A stretch of DNA of 61,854 nt, counting the filler, from Thelocarpon superellum (lineage: Eukaryota), in the NCBI GenBank assembly GCA_026025795.1. It is 3 parts of 3 records of this genome, joined end to end, with 100 filler letters (N's around TTAATTAATTAA, not from the genome) between each part and the next. Parts side by side here need not be neighbours in the genome. Positions count along the whole stretch, not along the records: positions 20,708 to 41,307 come from JAPEUG010000322.1; 2 more parts are not named here. The stretch is one strand, 5' to 3'. Positions 26,410 to 37,975 of this stretch are shown piece after piece. The position numbers were made by a program, and so were the translations under genes. How positions within the stretch are numbered: the stretch's first letter is position 1; every line of letters begins with the position of its first letter. Below the pieces are notes generated by a model, which ran no database searches, had not been told where the DNA came from, and worked only from the letters and a program-made list of their open reading frames with translations.

Positions 26410-28071
26410 ATGACGACCCCGAATCGACCGGCAATACCGCCGGTAGTGATGCAGTCCGTCCTGGAGCAGATCGGCAACACCCCCTTAGTCCGTCTGAACA
26501 AGATTCCGCCGAGTTTGGGGATCGAGGCGACGGTGTACGCCAAGCTGGAATGCTTCAACGCCGGCGGCAGCGTCAAGGACCGCATTGGACTCCGGATGAT
26601 CGAGGAGGCGGAGCGGTCAGGCCGGATCAAGCCGGGAGACACGTTGATCGAGCCCACCAGCGGAAACACGGGCATTGGCCTGGCGCTGGTGGCGGCAGTC
26701 AAGGGCTACAAGACCATCATCACCCTTCCCGAGAAGATGTCGGCGGAGAAGGTGGCGGTGCTCCGCGCCCTGAACGCAACCATCATTCGCACCCCGACCC
26801 AGGCTGCGTTTGATTCGCCCGAATCACACATTGGGGTGGCGAAGCGGATGCAGAAAGAAATCCCAAACGCACATATCCTGGATCAGTATGGCAATCGGGA
26901 CAATCCTCTGGCCCACGAATACGGCACGGCCGAGGAGATCTGGACCCAGACGGAAGGTAAAGTCACGGCAGTGGTGGCGGGCGCGGGCACTGGTGGTACC
27001 ATCACGGGCCTAGCGCGGGGGCTGCGAAAGCACAAGGCCGACATCAAGATCATTGCGGCCGACCCGTACGGATCCATCTTGGCCCTGCCCGAGTCCCTAA
27101 ACAAGGCACATGAGAACGAGGGCTACAAGGTGGAGGGCATCGGATACGACTTCGTCCCCGACGTGCTCGACCAGCACACGGTGGACCGATGGTACAAGAC
27201 GGAGGACCGCGAGTCTTTTGCCTACGCGCGGCGGTTGATCGCCGAGGAAGGGTGTCTGGTAGGGGGCAGCAGCGGCAGCGCCATGGCCGCCCTGGCGCAC
27301 GCCAACCAGGACTACCACTGGGGAAAAGACGATGTGGTCGTGGTCATCCTACCGGATAGCATCCGCAACTACATGAGCAAGGTGAGGCGCATGACTCCAT
27401 GCTACGATGCTTCGATGCTTCGATCGGCCTACTGACCGCTACAGTTTGTGGATGACGACTGGCTCGCTGCCAACGATCTCCTCCCACCCACGCCACCCAT
27501 CACGACACCGTCCTCGCCGAATTTCAGCACGCGTCAAAGCTCCATGGGCGCGGTCGAGGGCGCGACGATCCGCTCGCTGCGTCTGAAGCCGGTCACGACG
27601 GTGCTGGCGGACGCACGATGCGCCGACGCAGTGGAGACGATGCGAGAGAAAGGGTTTGACCAGCTGCCGGTGCTGGCGCCCAAGGGTGGCCGACTGGTTG
27701 GACTGGTGACGCTCGGCAATCTCCTGAGCTGGATCGGCCGCGGTCGGGCCACGGGCGCCACGCCCGTATCGGAGGTCATGTTCGATTTCTCCAAGCTGCA
27801 CGAGGTGGTGACGGATCCACGCGACATCGAGGCCGTCGCGCATGGCCGTGCGCAGCCTCGTGCGGCACCGACGGGCTCGCAGCGGAATAAGTTCGTCGCG
27901 ATCACCATGGACACGCCGCTGAAGGCGCTGAGTCGCTTCTTGGAATGGAACAGCGCGGCGGTGGTGACGGAGCAGGACGAAACCACGGGCAGTGCGATGA
28001 AGCCTGTCGCCGTCGTCACCAAGGTCGATCTCCTATCCTGGCTGGTCAAGCAGGGCAAGCATGCCGCCTAG
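26410..28071 (+). CDS. CYS4: Cystathionine beta-synthase (fungal type without heme domain, C-terminal CBS domains); 2 exons
   Basis: [12 protein letters not shown] lysine motif [40 protein letters not shown] (intron 27382-27444), CBS repeats (GFDQLPV). Confidence 0.97.
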
Positions 28072-28202
28072 TGTTGGGCGCCTGGCGGATTGCATGCCCT
28101 CCAGGGACATCGTGGATGGACCGGTGGGTCGGCGTTAGAGAGCAGGCACGTCACACGTGATGTCGGAGCATGACCGGACGTAGATTCAAGGCATCGCTGC
28201 CC

Positions 28203-29161
28203 TCATATATGACTGGCGACCCAGGCCCACCATGCCTCTACCTGTGGGCCATCCGCGTCCACCACGCTGCCGGAGAGCACCTCGACCGACACCTGGGCCT
28301 CCTCCATCTGCCGGAATTCAAACTTGCCCGTGCTCGCTCCACCCAGCCGGTCCTGATCGTCGTCGTCCAGAGCGTCGGCGGGGTCATCGACGCCCACGCC
28401 CGAATCCAGCAAGCCCTTGGCCCGCGACGCGCGGACCTTGGTAATTTGTTCCTCCAACACCGTGCGGACCAGCGGAGCTGGCAGCGCGGTGAAGAGGTCG
28501 ATCTTGTTGGCAGCGACGAGCACGGGCATCTCCTGGATCTTCGAGGACTTACTTTGGGCCGCCCGTTTTTGTAAGAGGAGTAGCACATCGTGGAGGTACT
28601 CCGCAGCGTCTCGGATGCCCTCTTCGGTCGACTCGCTACTGGTGCTTGACATGGCGGCGGCATCCACGACGAAGATGATACCCCGGAGCGTCTGATTCTC
28701 CTTCACCGAGTCCATGGCGTGATATCGTAGTTTGCCGTGCCCGGGGGTGTCGATCAGGGTAAGGCGCTGCGGGGCCAGGCGATTCGGATCATCGTTGGCG
28801 CGGAACTGGGCTGATGCGGCCACGACGGCAGTGGGTAAGGTGGCCTCGACCGTGAGCGGTGCTTGCGAGGTATGGGTGTCCACATGCTTGCCCCGTGCCC
28901 ACTGCACCTGGTCAGCACATTCCCGAGCAGACGGCGGAGGCTTGAACGCACCTGGGTCAAGAGCGAGGTCTTCCCGGAGCCACTTGGTCCGATCAGAAGG
29001 AAGGTGGGCGAGCCGTGAGCGCGGCTTGACTGGAAATGGTGTAGGTAGAGGTGAAGCACCAGCGGAAGGCCGAGGGCGACGAGGGTGGCGATGAGGATGG
29101 CGACGAGGGAGGGGCCCATGAGAAAGGCAAAGGCGTCCCGGAGGACGTTGACTTGGCCCAT
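28203..29161 (-). CDS. SRP102: Signal recognition particle receptor beta subunit (GTPase); 2 exons
   Basis: N-terminal TM anchor, GPSGSGKT P-loop, THTSQ, DTPGHGKLR, ANKID. Intron 28951-28902. Confidence 0.92.
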
Positions 29162-29687
29162 GTCTGGGGTGTGCACCTTCGTGATCTGGCTGGTGGTGAG
29201 GTCGTGTCCGGGCGCACGGATCAAGGATGACCACGGACCCTTGACACAACATCTACCCGTACCGGTACCCGTCCCCCTACCCGTACCTGTGCTGTGGGCG
29301 ATCTCGAAGGACAAGCTGGACAGACCGAACAAACTTTCCTTGTGCTGCTGCGAGTACAAGTGCGAGTACGAAGAAGTTCCTTCGGTACTGTTACCACTAC
29401 AGTAGTGGTAGTCAGCCTGCTAGCTGCGCCACAGCTGAAGCTCCGCTCAGAGCACGGCCGAGACAGCCAATGAGGCGGCGGGGGCAGGGGATCGTACCGA
29501 CGGACCCTGCACCTCCACCACAGCGGCCTTCTTGATCTCCACCCGACGGACTTCATGTGGGTTAAGTGAATATGTATGCGGTCGATAGCCGGATGATCGC
29601 CGTGATTTGTCGTACTTGGAATTGTCCGGCAACGATATAGATTTGAGAGGCTTTCCAGAGCTCCACCACGCTCCCCTCGCTGCTGCC

Positions 29688-32199
29688 ATGTCCACCAAAT
29701 CGTCGACGGCTGATGGGCCCGTCCTCAAGGACCAGACTTCAGCTCCCACGCCCACCTCCACTCTCCTCAGCAAGCACGTGGCTACCGACCCGTCGGTGGC
29801 AGTGCCCGCTACGACGCCGGACAGCAACGACATTGCCCTCAAGGATGTCGCCGGGGCGCGGACAGCGTTGCCCATCGAGGAAGATATCATGCAGCTCGCA
29901 CGGCTGGGTGAAGTTGCCGCCATGAAGGCGCTCTTCGACAAGGGGAAGTTCGACGTACATCACAAGGACGACGAGGGCATCACGCCATTGCATGTATGCT
30001 CTCCTCGCGTATGGGCGTGCACGGTCGCGCGACAGGACAGAGACAAAGACTGACCGGGCGCAGTGGGCCGCGATCAACAACCAGTACGCCATGTGCCAAT
30101 ACCTGCTCGACGCCGGCGCCGATGTGAATGCCATTGGTGGCGAATCCAAGGCCACTCCCGTCATGTGGGCCGCCCAGCGATGCCATTACTACGTCGTTCA
30201 CCTGTTGCTCCAGCGCGGCGCCGACCCTCTCGCGAGCGACTGTCAGGGGTACAATGTCTTGCACCTGGCCACCTTTGACGGCAACGTCTTCCTCCTCGCC
30301 ATCCTGCTCCACCAGAATATTCCGGTCGATGTGCCCGATCGGCTGGGTCATACGTCTCTCATGTGGGCGGCGTACAAGGGCTTTCCCGCTTGCGTCGATC
30401 TCTTCCTCCGCTGGGGCGCGAACGTGTACGCCCGCGATGAGATGGGCTTCACGGCCCTGCATTGGTCCTTGGTCAAGGGCCCGCAGATCTATGTCTCGCA
30501 AGCCTGTGTGCAGTCTCTGCTCGAATACGGGGCGGATCGATTCGCCGAGACCAACGACGGCAAGACGCCCGCCACCACGGCCGCGGAGATGAAGTGCGTG
30601 CCCATCTGGCGTCGCGCGCTGGCCGAAAGTGGCTACGACGAGGACGGGCACCCGGTGTCGCACCGCTTTCCCTTGGCCTCTCTGGTCAAGGACAAACGGT
30701 TATGGCTGACGCGCTTCTACTTCCTGTGGCCCTTTGTCATCGTCTGGTGCGCCCTGATGATTCTCAGCCACCTCGTCATCTTCCTGGCCATCCCCATGGC
30801 CGGCCTCGTCGTGTATGGGCTGCAATGGGTGGCGGTCCAGTTGTCGGTCTTGGCGCCAGCGAACATGAGACGTTTCGAACAAACGGTAGGTTTCCTTGTC
30901 TCCACCTCACCCCGGCGGGCGTGGAAATTGACATGCCCTAGCCGTTTCTGGCCGGCTTCTTTGCCGGATTGTGCTTCTGGGTCGGCGTGAGATGGCTCAC
31001 CACCATTCTGCCTCGTAAGCCACGCTCACAAAAGCTCCCCACCGGGCTCATCATGCTCATCACGCGTAGACACCATCTACTCGAGCCCTTGGACGAATCT
31101 GGCCTTTGCCGTGGCCTACGGGATGTGCACCTGGTTCTACGCATGCAGCATGTTGTTTGATCCGGGATACGTGCCCAAGCAGGGGGGTCGCAGCCAGGAA
31201 AAGGAGACGATCGACGAGCTGCTGAAGCTCTGGAAGTTTGACGACCCCAGCTTCTGCATGCAATGCATGGTGCGACGCCCCCTGCGGAGCAAACACTGCC
31301 GACGGTGCGGCCGTTGCGTGGCCAAGCATGACCAGTGAGTGCCTTCCTCGGCGTGGAGGAAGACACGCTGACCCGATAGTCATTGCCCGTGGGTGTACAA
31401 TTGCGTCGGCGTTAACAATCACCGACCCTTCATCCTCTATCTGGTCTCCATGGAAGTGGGGATCGTGCTGCTCGTGCGACTGAATCTGGACTGTAGGCGC
31501 CCCGATCGTGGGAGGATGACGCGCGCTGACGACACAGATCTGGCGGGCCTGTCCGCTCCCTGGAACTCGGAATGTAATATCCTCGCCGAATCCCTGTGTC
31601 GGGAGATCCTCAAGGACCCCTACACTGTCATCTTGACCGCGGCCGCCGGCCTGCAGACGATCTGGGTGACGATGCTCATGCTGGTGCAGATGGTGCAGAT
31701 CGTCCGGGCACAGACGACCTTTGAGAGCATGCGCGGACACCATCATCACGATCGGGCCACAGAGGTGGTCACCTCGGCCCTGACGGCGGGGACCACGAGC
31801 CTAGAGGGAGCGGGGCTAGCCTCACCCGGGGGGGGGCCTGAGGGTATGGCGCATGCCCACCCGCACCCGCATCACCACGAGGGCTACTTCGCGCGGTGGA
31901 AGAAATTGCTGGGCCTCGACACCTTTGTCGCGACCGCGGTCAGTGGCTATCACGGACGGCACCAGCGACAGCGTAACCGCAATCCCTTCTCGCGAGGCAT
32001 CATGACCAACTGTCAGGACTTCCTCTGCGACCCGGCGCCCCTGTTTGGCCCGAGGGAGACGGGTGCGGCGATGCTGGGCGGTGAACGGGTGAATTACACC
32101 AAGTTGTATGAGACGCCGTCACGGATGAGGATGACTGCCACGCCATCGGTGACGGAGCGAGGCGCATATCAGAGTGTAGATGGAGAGGATGCAGTGTGA
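29688..32199 (+). CDS. AKR1: Palmitoyltransferase Akr1 (ankyrin repeats + DHHC); multi-exon
   Basis: Ankyrin repeats ([36 protein letters not shown]), TM segments, and [38 protein letters not shown] with the DHHC motif split by an intron. Confidence 0.95.
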
Positions 32200-32478
32200 C
32201 CTAGACTGTACATAGTTTTCGTCGACTGCTTTGGAACGGTCGGAGGGATGATGACGAGGACGAGTAGGGTAAGAGTGCGTAGGCCACATACTACACGTAC
32301 GACGAAGATTGATGAGGATGAGATGACATTTCATCAAGATGATGTCCCTGAAGGTGAATTGCGTGGGAACGCGAACGATGTCGTCGACGGAACGTTGGGG
32401 AGGGAATCGGTCAGCACCCAAAAACTCGCCGTTCACCCTCCGGAGAGCGTCTCGCGGTCTCGCCGTCGACACATCTCC

Positions 32479-35400
32479 ATGGATCTGACGAGGAACCAGA
32501 TCTTCCAACGAGTAAATGCGTCCTCCCATAGAAGGGGATGGTGCAGCTGACACAGAATAGCTCAAGCCACCATGCGTCGCTCTCAGCCAGGCGGCGTTGA
32601 GATACGGCAGAGAAGGAGGAGCGACCGGCAAAGAGCTCGTCGCCGCGCTCGAAACGCTGGACGGCGTCGTCGCCCAGGTGGCCCAACCCAAGCTGGCCTT
32701 TGATCCCAAGCTCGCCGACTATGTCTTCTTCCCCCTCTCCCACGTTCTTCAGCGTAGTCAGGCCATCCCCGTCCGTGCCCTTGAATTGACGATCGACTGT
32801 GTGCGCCATCTGCTCGAGAGTGGCTGGCGATGCGAGCTGCCGGTGGAAGTGGGCCAGCAGCTGCATATCTTGTTGGCTTTCATCGCCGGGGGTCATCCAG
32901 CTCGCAAGACACCGGAGAAGATCTCGGAGGAGCTTCAACTGGCTGCGTTCAAATGTCTGACTGCTCTGTTCCACGCCTTTCTGCAATCTTCTCGTCAGAG
33001 GACGCTTACGGAGACGGCCAACGTCCCCGCCCTGGGTCACCTCGTCACGGTCTTACTCAAAGGGATCGAAGAAGGTGCATCGACCGAAGTCCAGCTGTCT
33101 GCCATCGACGCTTTTGACGCTTTCCAGCCATGCATCGAGGACCGAGACGCCCTGGTCAGCTTTCTCCCTGGGACGGTCTCGTCCTTGACCAAGACCTTAC
33201 AACCCACGACACGATCGAAACGGACAGGCAAGGTCCTTGTAGGATGTCTGGGGTTGCTTGGTCGGGCCTTGGTGACTACGCTCGATGACATCAACTTTAC
33301 GACGGAGGATGAGGAAGCGTCGACGCCAGACGATCCGTCCAAGTCATGGCTCAAGGCCACAGCCTCACAAGTGAAGATGTTCCTCGCCAACGTGGTCAAG
33401 CTGAGACATCACGACCGACGCGAAGTACGTCAGGCGCTGGCAAAGTTCTGTCAGACGATCATCGAGCACTGTCGCAAGTCTTTGTCAGAGTCGATCCCCA
33501 TGCTCTTCGAGACCTGGGTTGAGATGGAAGGACGAGCTTCGCTGGATGGCGACGGAGAGGGAGACGGAGCTGCAGCCTTGACACAGCTCGCCCGGAGGGA
33601 CCCATCAATCCTGGAGTTTACGAAGATGAGCCTCCATAATTGGGTGGTATCGTTTCCACGCGTGATGCAATCTCCTGATGAACGGACCAAGCAGAGAGCC
33701 ATCAATCAGCTTTCGACGGCATTTCGACTCCTCTCGGATAGTGAAGCTGACTCGCTTGTCGTCGATGATCTACTGGCGACCAATCTTCGGACCAGTGTCG
33801 CGGCGGCCATCTCGGCCTCGAAGTCGGTGGCGATCAGTGCAGTAGGCAATGGAGATGAAGGAGATGAGATGAGGCTGGGTCTCCGGGGATCGATCGGCGC
33901 AGAGGTGCCCAAGTTCCACCCAATCCTGATGGCTCACCATAGTCAACAAGAGTCGTTGCGCGAGCTTGAGCTGCTCATTCGACAGTTGAGTCGGACGTCA
34001 TCGTCGGTGGTGCTCTTAAGAGAGATCTTGTCTGAGATCCACGCCGCGTCTGGAGATGGACTGCTGGCGGGGATGTGGCTAGCAGTGATCATGTTGTCGG
34101 GGATGCAGAAGGAGGACACGTCCATGGCTGACTTCATCGTGGCGGATCTCGCCGAAGAAGGGGAAGGATCAGTGTACCTGGAGGAGCTATACTCCTACTC
34201 TCTGTCCATCCTGGCGACACCTTGGGAAGACAAGCATCAAGACTGGCGACTACAAGGACTGGCGTTGGAAGCAGTGGCACTGCAGGCGCAGCACCTAGGG
34301 AGAGCGTTTCGGAACGAGCTGGCCGACGCGCTCTACCCCGTCGTTCACCTGATTGGATCCCCCAACCCTCAGCTCCGAGAACATGCCATGACGAGTCTCG
34401 ACCTGATTGCCCGGAGCAGTGGCTACGGAGCGGCAAGCGAAGTCATCATCGACAACGTGGACTATCTTGTGAACGCGGTCGCGCTGAAGCTCAACACGTT
34501 CGACATCTCGCCGCAAGCACCGCAGGCGATTCTCATGATGATCAAACTCACCGGACCGTCGTTGCTGCCTTATCTCGACGATTTGGTCGGATCGATCTTT
34601 GCTGCGTTGGAGAGCTTCCACGGCTACCCGAGACTGGTGGAGCTGTTGTTCTCGGTCCTGCGAGGCATTGTCGAGGAGGCGGCCCGGGCAGATGGTGGGT
34701 TGACCAAGGAGGGAGAACGCCCGAGCGGAAATCCCGTTGCCAAACGACGGACGGTCGACGATGTGGCTACCATTCTCCGAGGACTGCAACCACGGACGGA
34801 GGAAGAAGAGCAAGAGTGGCAGAGACTAGAGCCAACACCACACAAAGCTTGGAAACACATAGCTAAAGACAAGGCAGAAGCAGAAGCGGGAGATGAAGAT
34901 GAAGACGACGAGGAAGAGCAGACGGAGGGAAAAGACGAAGACGAAGACGAAGACGATCCCCAGCCAGGACCAGAATCAAAGAAGGCACCCCCCAGCAAGA
35001 TCTACAAGATGACGCAATCAATAGCACTCCTAACCCAGCACTACCTCACGCACGCGGATGCCCACCTGCGCACCTCACTGCTCGAGTTACTATGCAGCGC
35101 ATGCGTTCCGCTCTCGCAGGACGAGGATGCCTTTTTGCCGCTGTTGAACTCGCTCTGGCCCGTCATCATATCGCGTCTTTCTCCCATGACTCTCTCCTCC
35201 ACGTCGACGTCGACGTCGACGTCGACCTCGCTGTCCCTGTCCACCACCTCAGGCGCCCTCTTGATGAAACCGGAGCCAAGCCACGCAACAGCCACGACGC
35301 TGAACCTACTCACGACGCTCTTCCGCACGGCCGGCTCGTTCCTGACCTCGCGGGTGCTGGGCGAATGGAAAGGTCGCTTCGTCCCGTTTCTCCGCTCCGC

Positions 35401-35854
35401 GCTCGCCGTGAATGCGCGGCATAAGCGGCCGGAGGTCTGGAAGGCTCTGTTGGAGATGTTGGACGCGTTAGTGCTGAACGTGACGCTGGATGGACCTGGA
35501 AGTGGAGGAGGGGGAGGAAGTCAAGGGTGGGAAGTGGTGGATGACATCCTAGGCTTCACTGTGCGGGGTGAATTATGGAGTGGGAGTGGGAAGGGAAGGG
35601 AAAGAGAAGGAGAAGGAGGAGAAGCACCGCTACGAAAAACACTACAAAGCCTGCACCCGGATGCGACGTGGCTTGCAATCTACACGCATAGGCACCACCA
35701 TGCTCATTACGACATTGGAGCTGGAGCTGGAGCTGGAGCCGGGACCGCTGGGGTTGGACGAGCGGAGACGGAGATGGAGACGGAGATGGACATGGAGATG
35801 GAGTTGACGTTGAAAAAACCCCTGTTGGAGGGGTTTGTCTTTTCTGATCTCTAA
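32479..35854 (+). CDS. TTI1: TEL2-interacting protein 1 (TTT complex, HEAT repeats); 2 exons
   Basis: MDLTRNQIFQR|LKPPCVALS (intron 32512-32560), KLADYVFFPLSHVL, SFLPGTVSSL, NVDYLVNAVALKL. Confidence 0.88.
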
Positions 35855-36002
35855 TCTTCCCCCTTGTCCTCTCTTCTGTACTCTCTCCGGTGCTGAAGAG
35901 CTTTTTGACGTACATAGGAATTGGAATTGGAATTGAATTTGAGACGATGATTCAAGTCGATGCGACAAGATGCAACTTCCTCTCCGCCTGATACGACTAC
36001 TC

Positions 36003-36107
36003 TACACTTTCCTGCACTTCCTACACTTCCAGCATTTCCCACATTTCCCACACTTCCCACACTTCCCACACTTCCCACACTTCCCACACTTCCCACACTT
36101 CCCACAC
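36003..36107 (-). repeat. 9-nt minisatellite (GGGAAGTGT)n in the eIF5 3' UTR
   Basis: About 11-12 copies of ACACTTCCC on +, degenerating toward 36003. Eight GGG tracts at 9-nt spacing on the minus strand (36038-36103). Confidence 0.93.
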
Positions 36108-36119
36108 TCATCTTCACAT

Positions 36120-37555
36120 CTAAATGCCATTGGCATGACCATTCTCCTTCTTACCTCCTGTCGCTTCCTCGTCATCATCCTCATCGCCCTCATCCTCCTC
36201 CTCCTCGTCCTCCTCCTCGTCCTCCTCCTCACCATCCTCATCACTCTCCGCATTCTCCAACCACTCCAAAAACTTCTCCGCCGACTTGCGGACCTTCTTG
36301 CTCGTGGCAATGTCAACGTATTTCTTGCTGGCTTTGGATCCCCACTTCTTCACCACGTCCTCCGATACCAGATCCGCTTGGTAATACGCCATCAGGATCG
36401 CGGGGATCTGCGGGATCAGCTTCGGATTGTCTTTGCCCACGAATCGCTCCGTTCCGCCCAGAAAGGCCTTCTCGTGCCGGTCCGACGTCATGATCTCATC
36501 GCCTGGTCAGCCACAGTACGAACGCATAGGGTATATTGACCTCCTACCTTCTTCAGCATGCTGGCCCGCTTCGGAATCTGCTTGACAATGTCCTCGTCGA
36601 AGATGGTTTGCGCCAACACCGCCAGGGTCCGATGCTTGGATTCGATGCCCAGTTCCTTGGCCTTGACGTAAATCTCCACATCGTCCACTTGGCCCACGCC
36701 CCCGCTCGTTTCCTGGCCCGCGTTGATGATCCAGCTGCCGAGCTGGTCGTAGGACGAGCTCACGCCATTCTCACCCTCGCCGTCCTCGTCGTCTTCATCG
36801 CCCACGACGAGCGAGCGCTTGAGGTCATTGGGCAGGTCCTTGGCACGGGCGCGCACCGCTTCCTCCGACACGTCCACGGCCCACTCGTCGTCCTTGACGT
36901 CCGTCGAGGGATCGAGCTCCTTCGCCTCGGCGTTGATGCGACGCGTCAGCTCGTCGTCGCTGCCAGCGCCAAGCGCCACGTCACCATTGTCGTCGTGGCC
37001 ATTGTCCGAGTTGCTCTCGCCGGGACTCTTGCGTCCGTTCTCCTTGGCGTCGCCATTCTCCTTGCTGTCGCGATCCTTGCGCGCCGCCTTCTTGCTGGCC
37101 TTGTCCTTCTTCCCCTTCTTTGGCTGGTTCTTCAGGATGAAGGAGCTGAGCTTGAGGCTGAGCTCGACGTCCGACCGCTGCCCGCATGCTTTGCAGTCCA
37201 AGACGATGCGACCATCCTTGATGACAATGTCCGTCTCGGGATTCTTGCACTTCTTGCAGAGCACAAAGCGCGAGATGAAGCCATCGAGGTAATCCTGGAG
37301 CTTCGACGCTTCATGGGCCCCGTTGATGATCCAGCGATCGTCGGCTGGGTTGTTGTTGGTCTGCGCGCCCAGCTCGAACCCAAAGTACTTGATCACATAC
37401 GCCGGCGGACGGCTCAACGACGCCGCGACGCCGCTGAGGTTGACAATGACCGTCTTGATGCCGTTCCCCTTGCCCTCGATCTTGGACTGGAGACGCTCCA
37501 TCTTGTAGCGGTAAAAGGGGTCCGTGACATCCCGACGGATGTTAACGGTCGCCAT
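36120..37555 (-). CDS. TIF5: Eukaryotic translation initiation factor 5; 2 exons
   Basis: [28 protein letters not shown], zinc-binding CKKCKNPET...CKACG, C-terminal W2 domain ([13 protein letters not shown]). Short intron near 36547-36498. ATG context ATC-ATG-G. Confidence 0.97.
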
Positions 37556-37687
37556 GATTGCAGGCTTGCCGAGGCGTGCGGTTGCAGTTGCAGTCGCGGT
37601 TGCGGTTGCGGTTGCGATGACGATGACGATGACGACGGCGACGGCGAGCGTGATGGACTGGATTTCAATCGTCAATCGATCAACCAA

Positions 37688-37765
37688 TCACGGATGACAC
37701 GGTGGAGAATGGAGGCGCGAGTCGTGCGGGTGCTGGAGCAAGCTGGCGGTGGCGAAAAACGACAT
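37688..37765 (-). promoter_or_regulatory. Candidate uORF2 of eIF5 (25 aa, weak context CGC-ATG-T)
   Basis: ATG at 37765 to TGA at 37688, MSFFATASLLQHPHDSRLHSPPCHP. Lies inside a candidate leader intron 37777-37658. Confidence 0.5.
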
Positions 37766-37864
37766 GCGGAATCTCACAAAAGTCCCGCGTCCAGATCGAC
37801 CAAGAGAGAGAGAGAGTCGTAGAAACAGGGCGGGGTCAGGACAGATCCCTCCGTGGGCGAATGA

Positions 37865-37975
37865 TTATCCGTTCGTGCTGGAGTAGTTACTACAAGGCTT
37901 TCGCGGGGTGCGAAAGGTATGCAGCTCAAGGGGCGGCGGGCGTCTGAAGTCGGCGACGTGAGGCGTGAGATACAT
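37865..37975 (-). promoter_or_regulatory. Candidate uORF1 of eIF5 (36 aa, weak context TAT-ATG-T)
   Basis: ATG at 37975 to TAA at 37865, MYLTPHVADFRRPPPLELHTFRTPRKPCSNYSSTNG. Requires a TSS upstream of 37975. Confidence 0.5.

Noticed and set aside
35851..36539. Repetitive ORFs (VGS)n, (PTL)n, (PHF)n and Cys-rich (CGK)n
   Set aside because: Readings of the 9-nt minisatellite and the acidic eIF5 tail. Not metallothionein-like genes.
36536..37822. Long antisense ORFs (428 aa here; also 7541-9136 and 50497-52059)
   Set aside because: Shadow frames of high-GC3 coding genes with no recognisable motifs.
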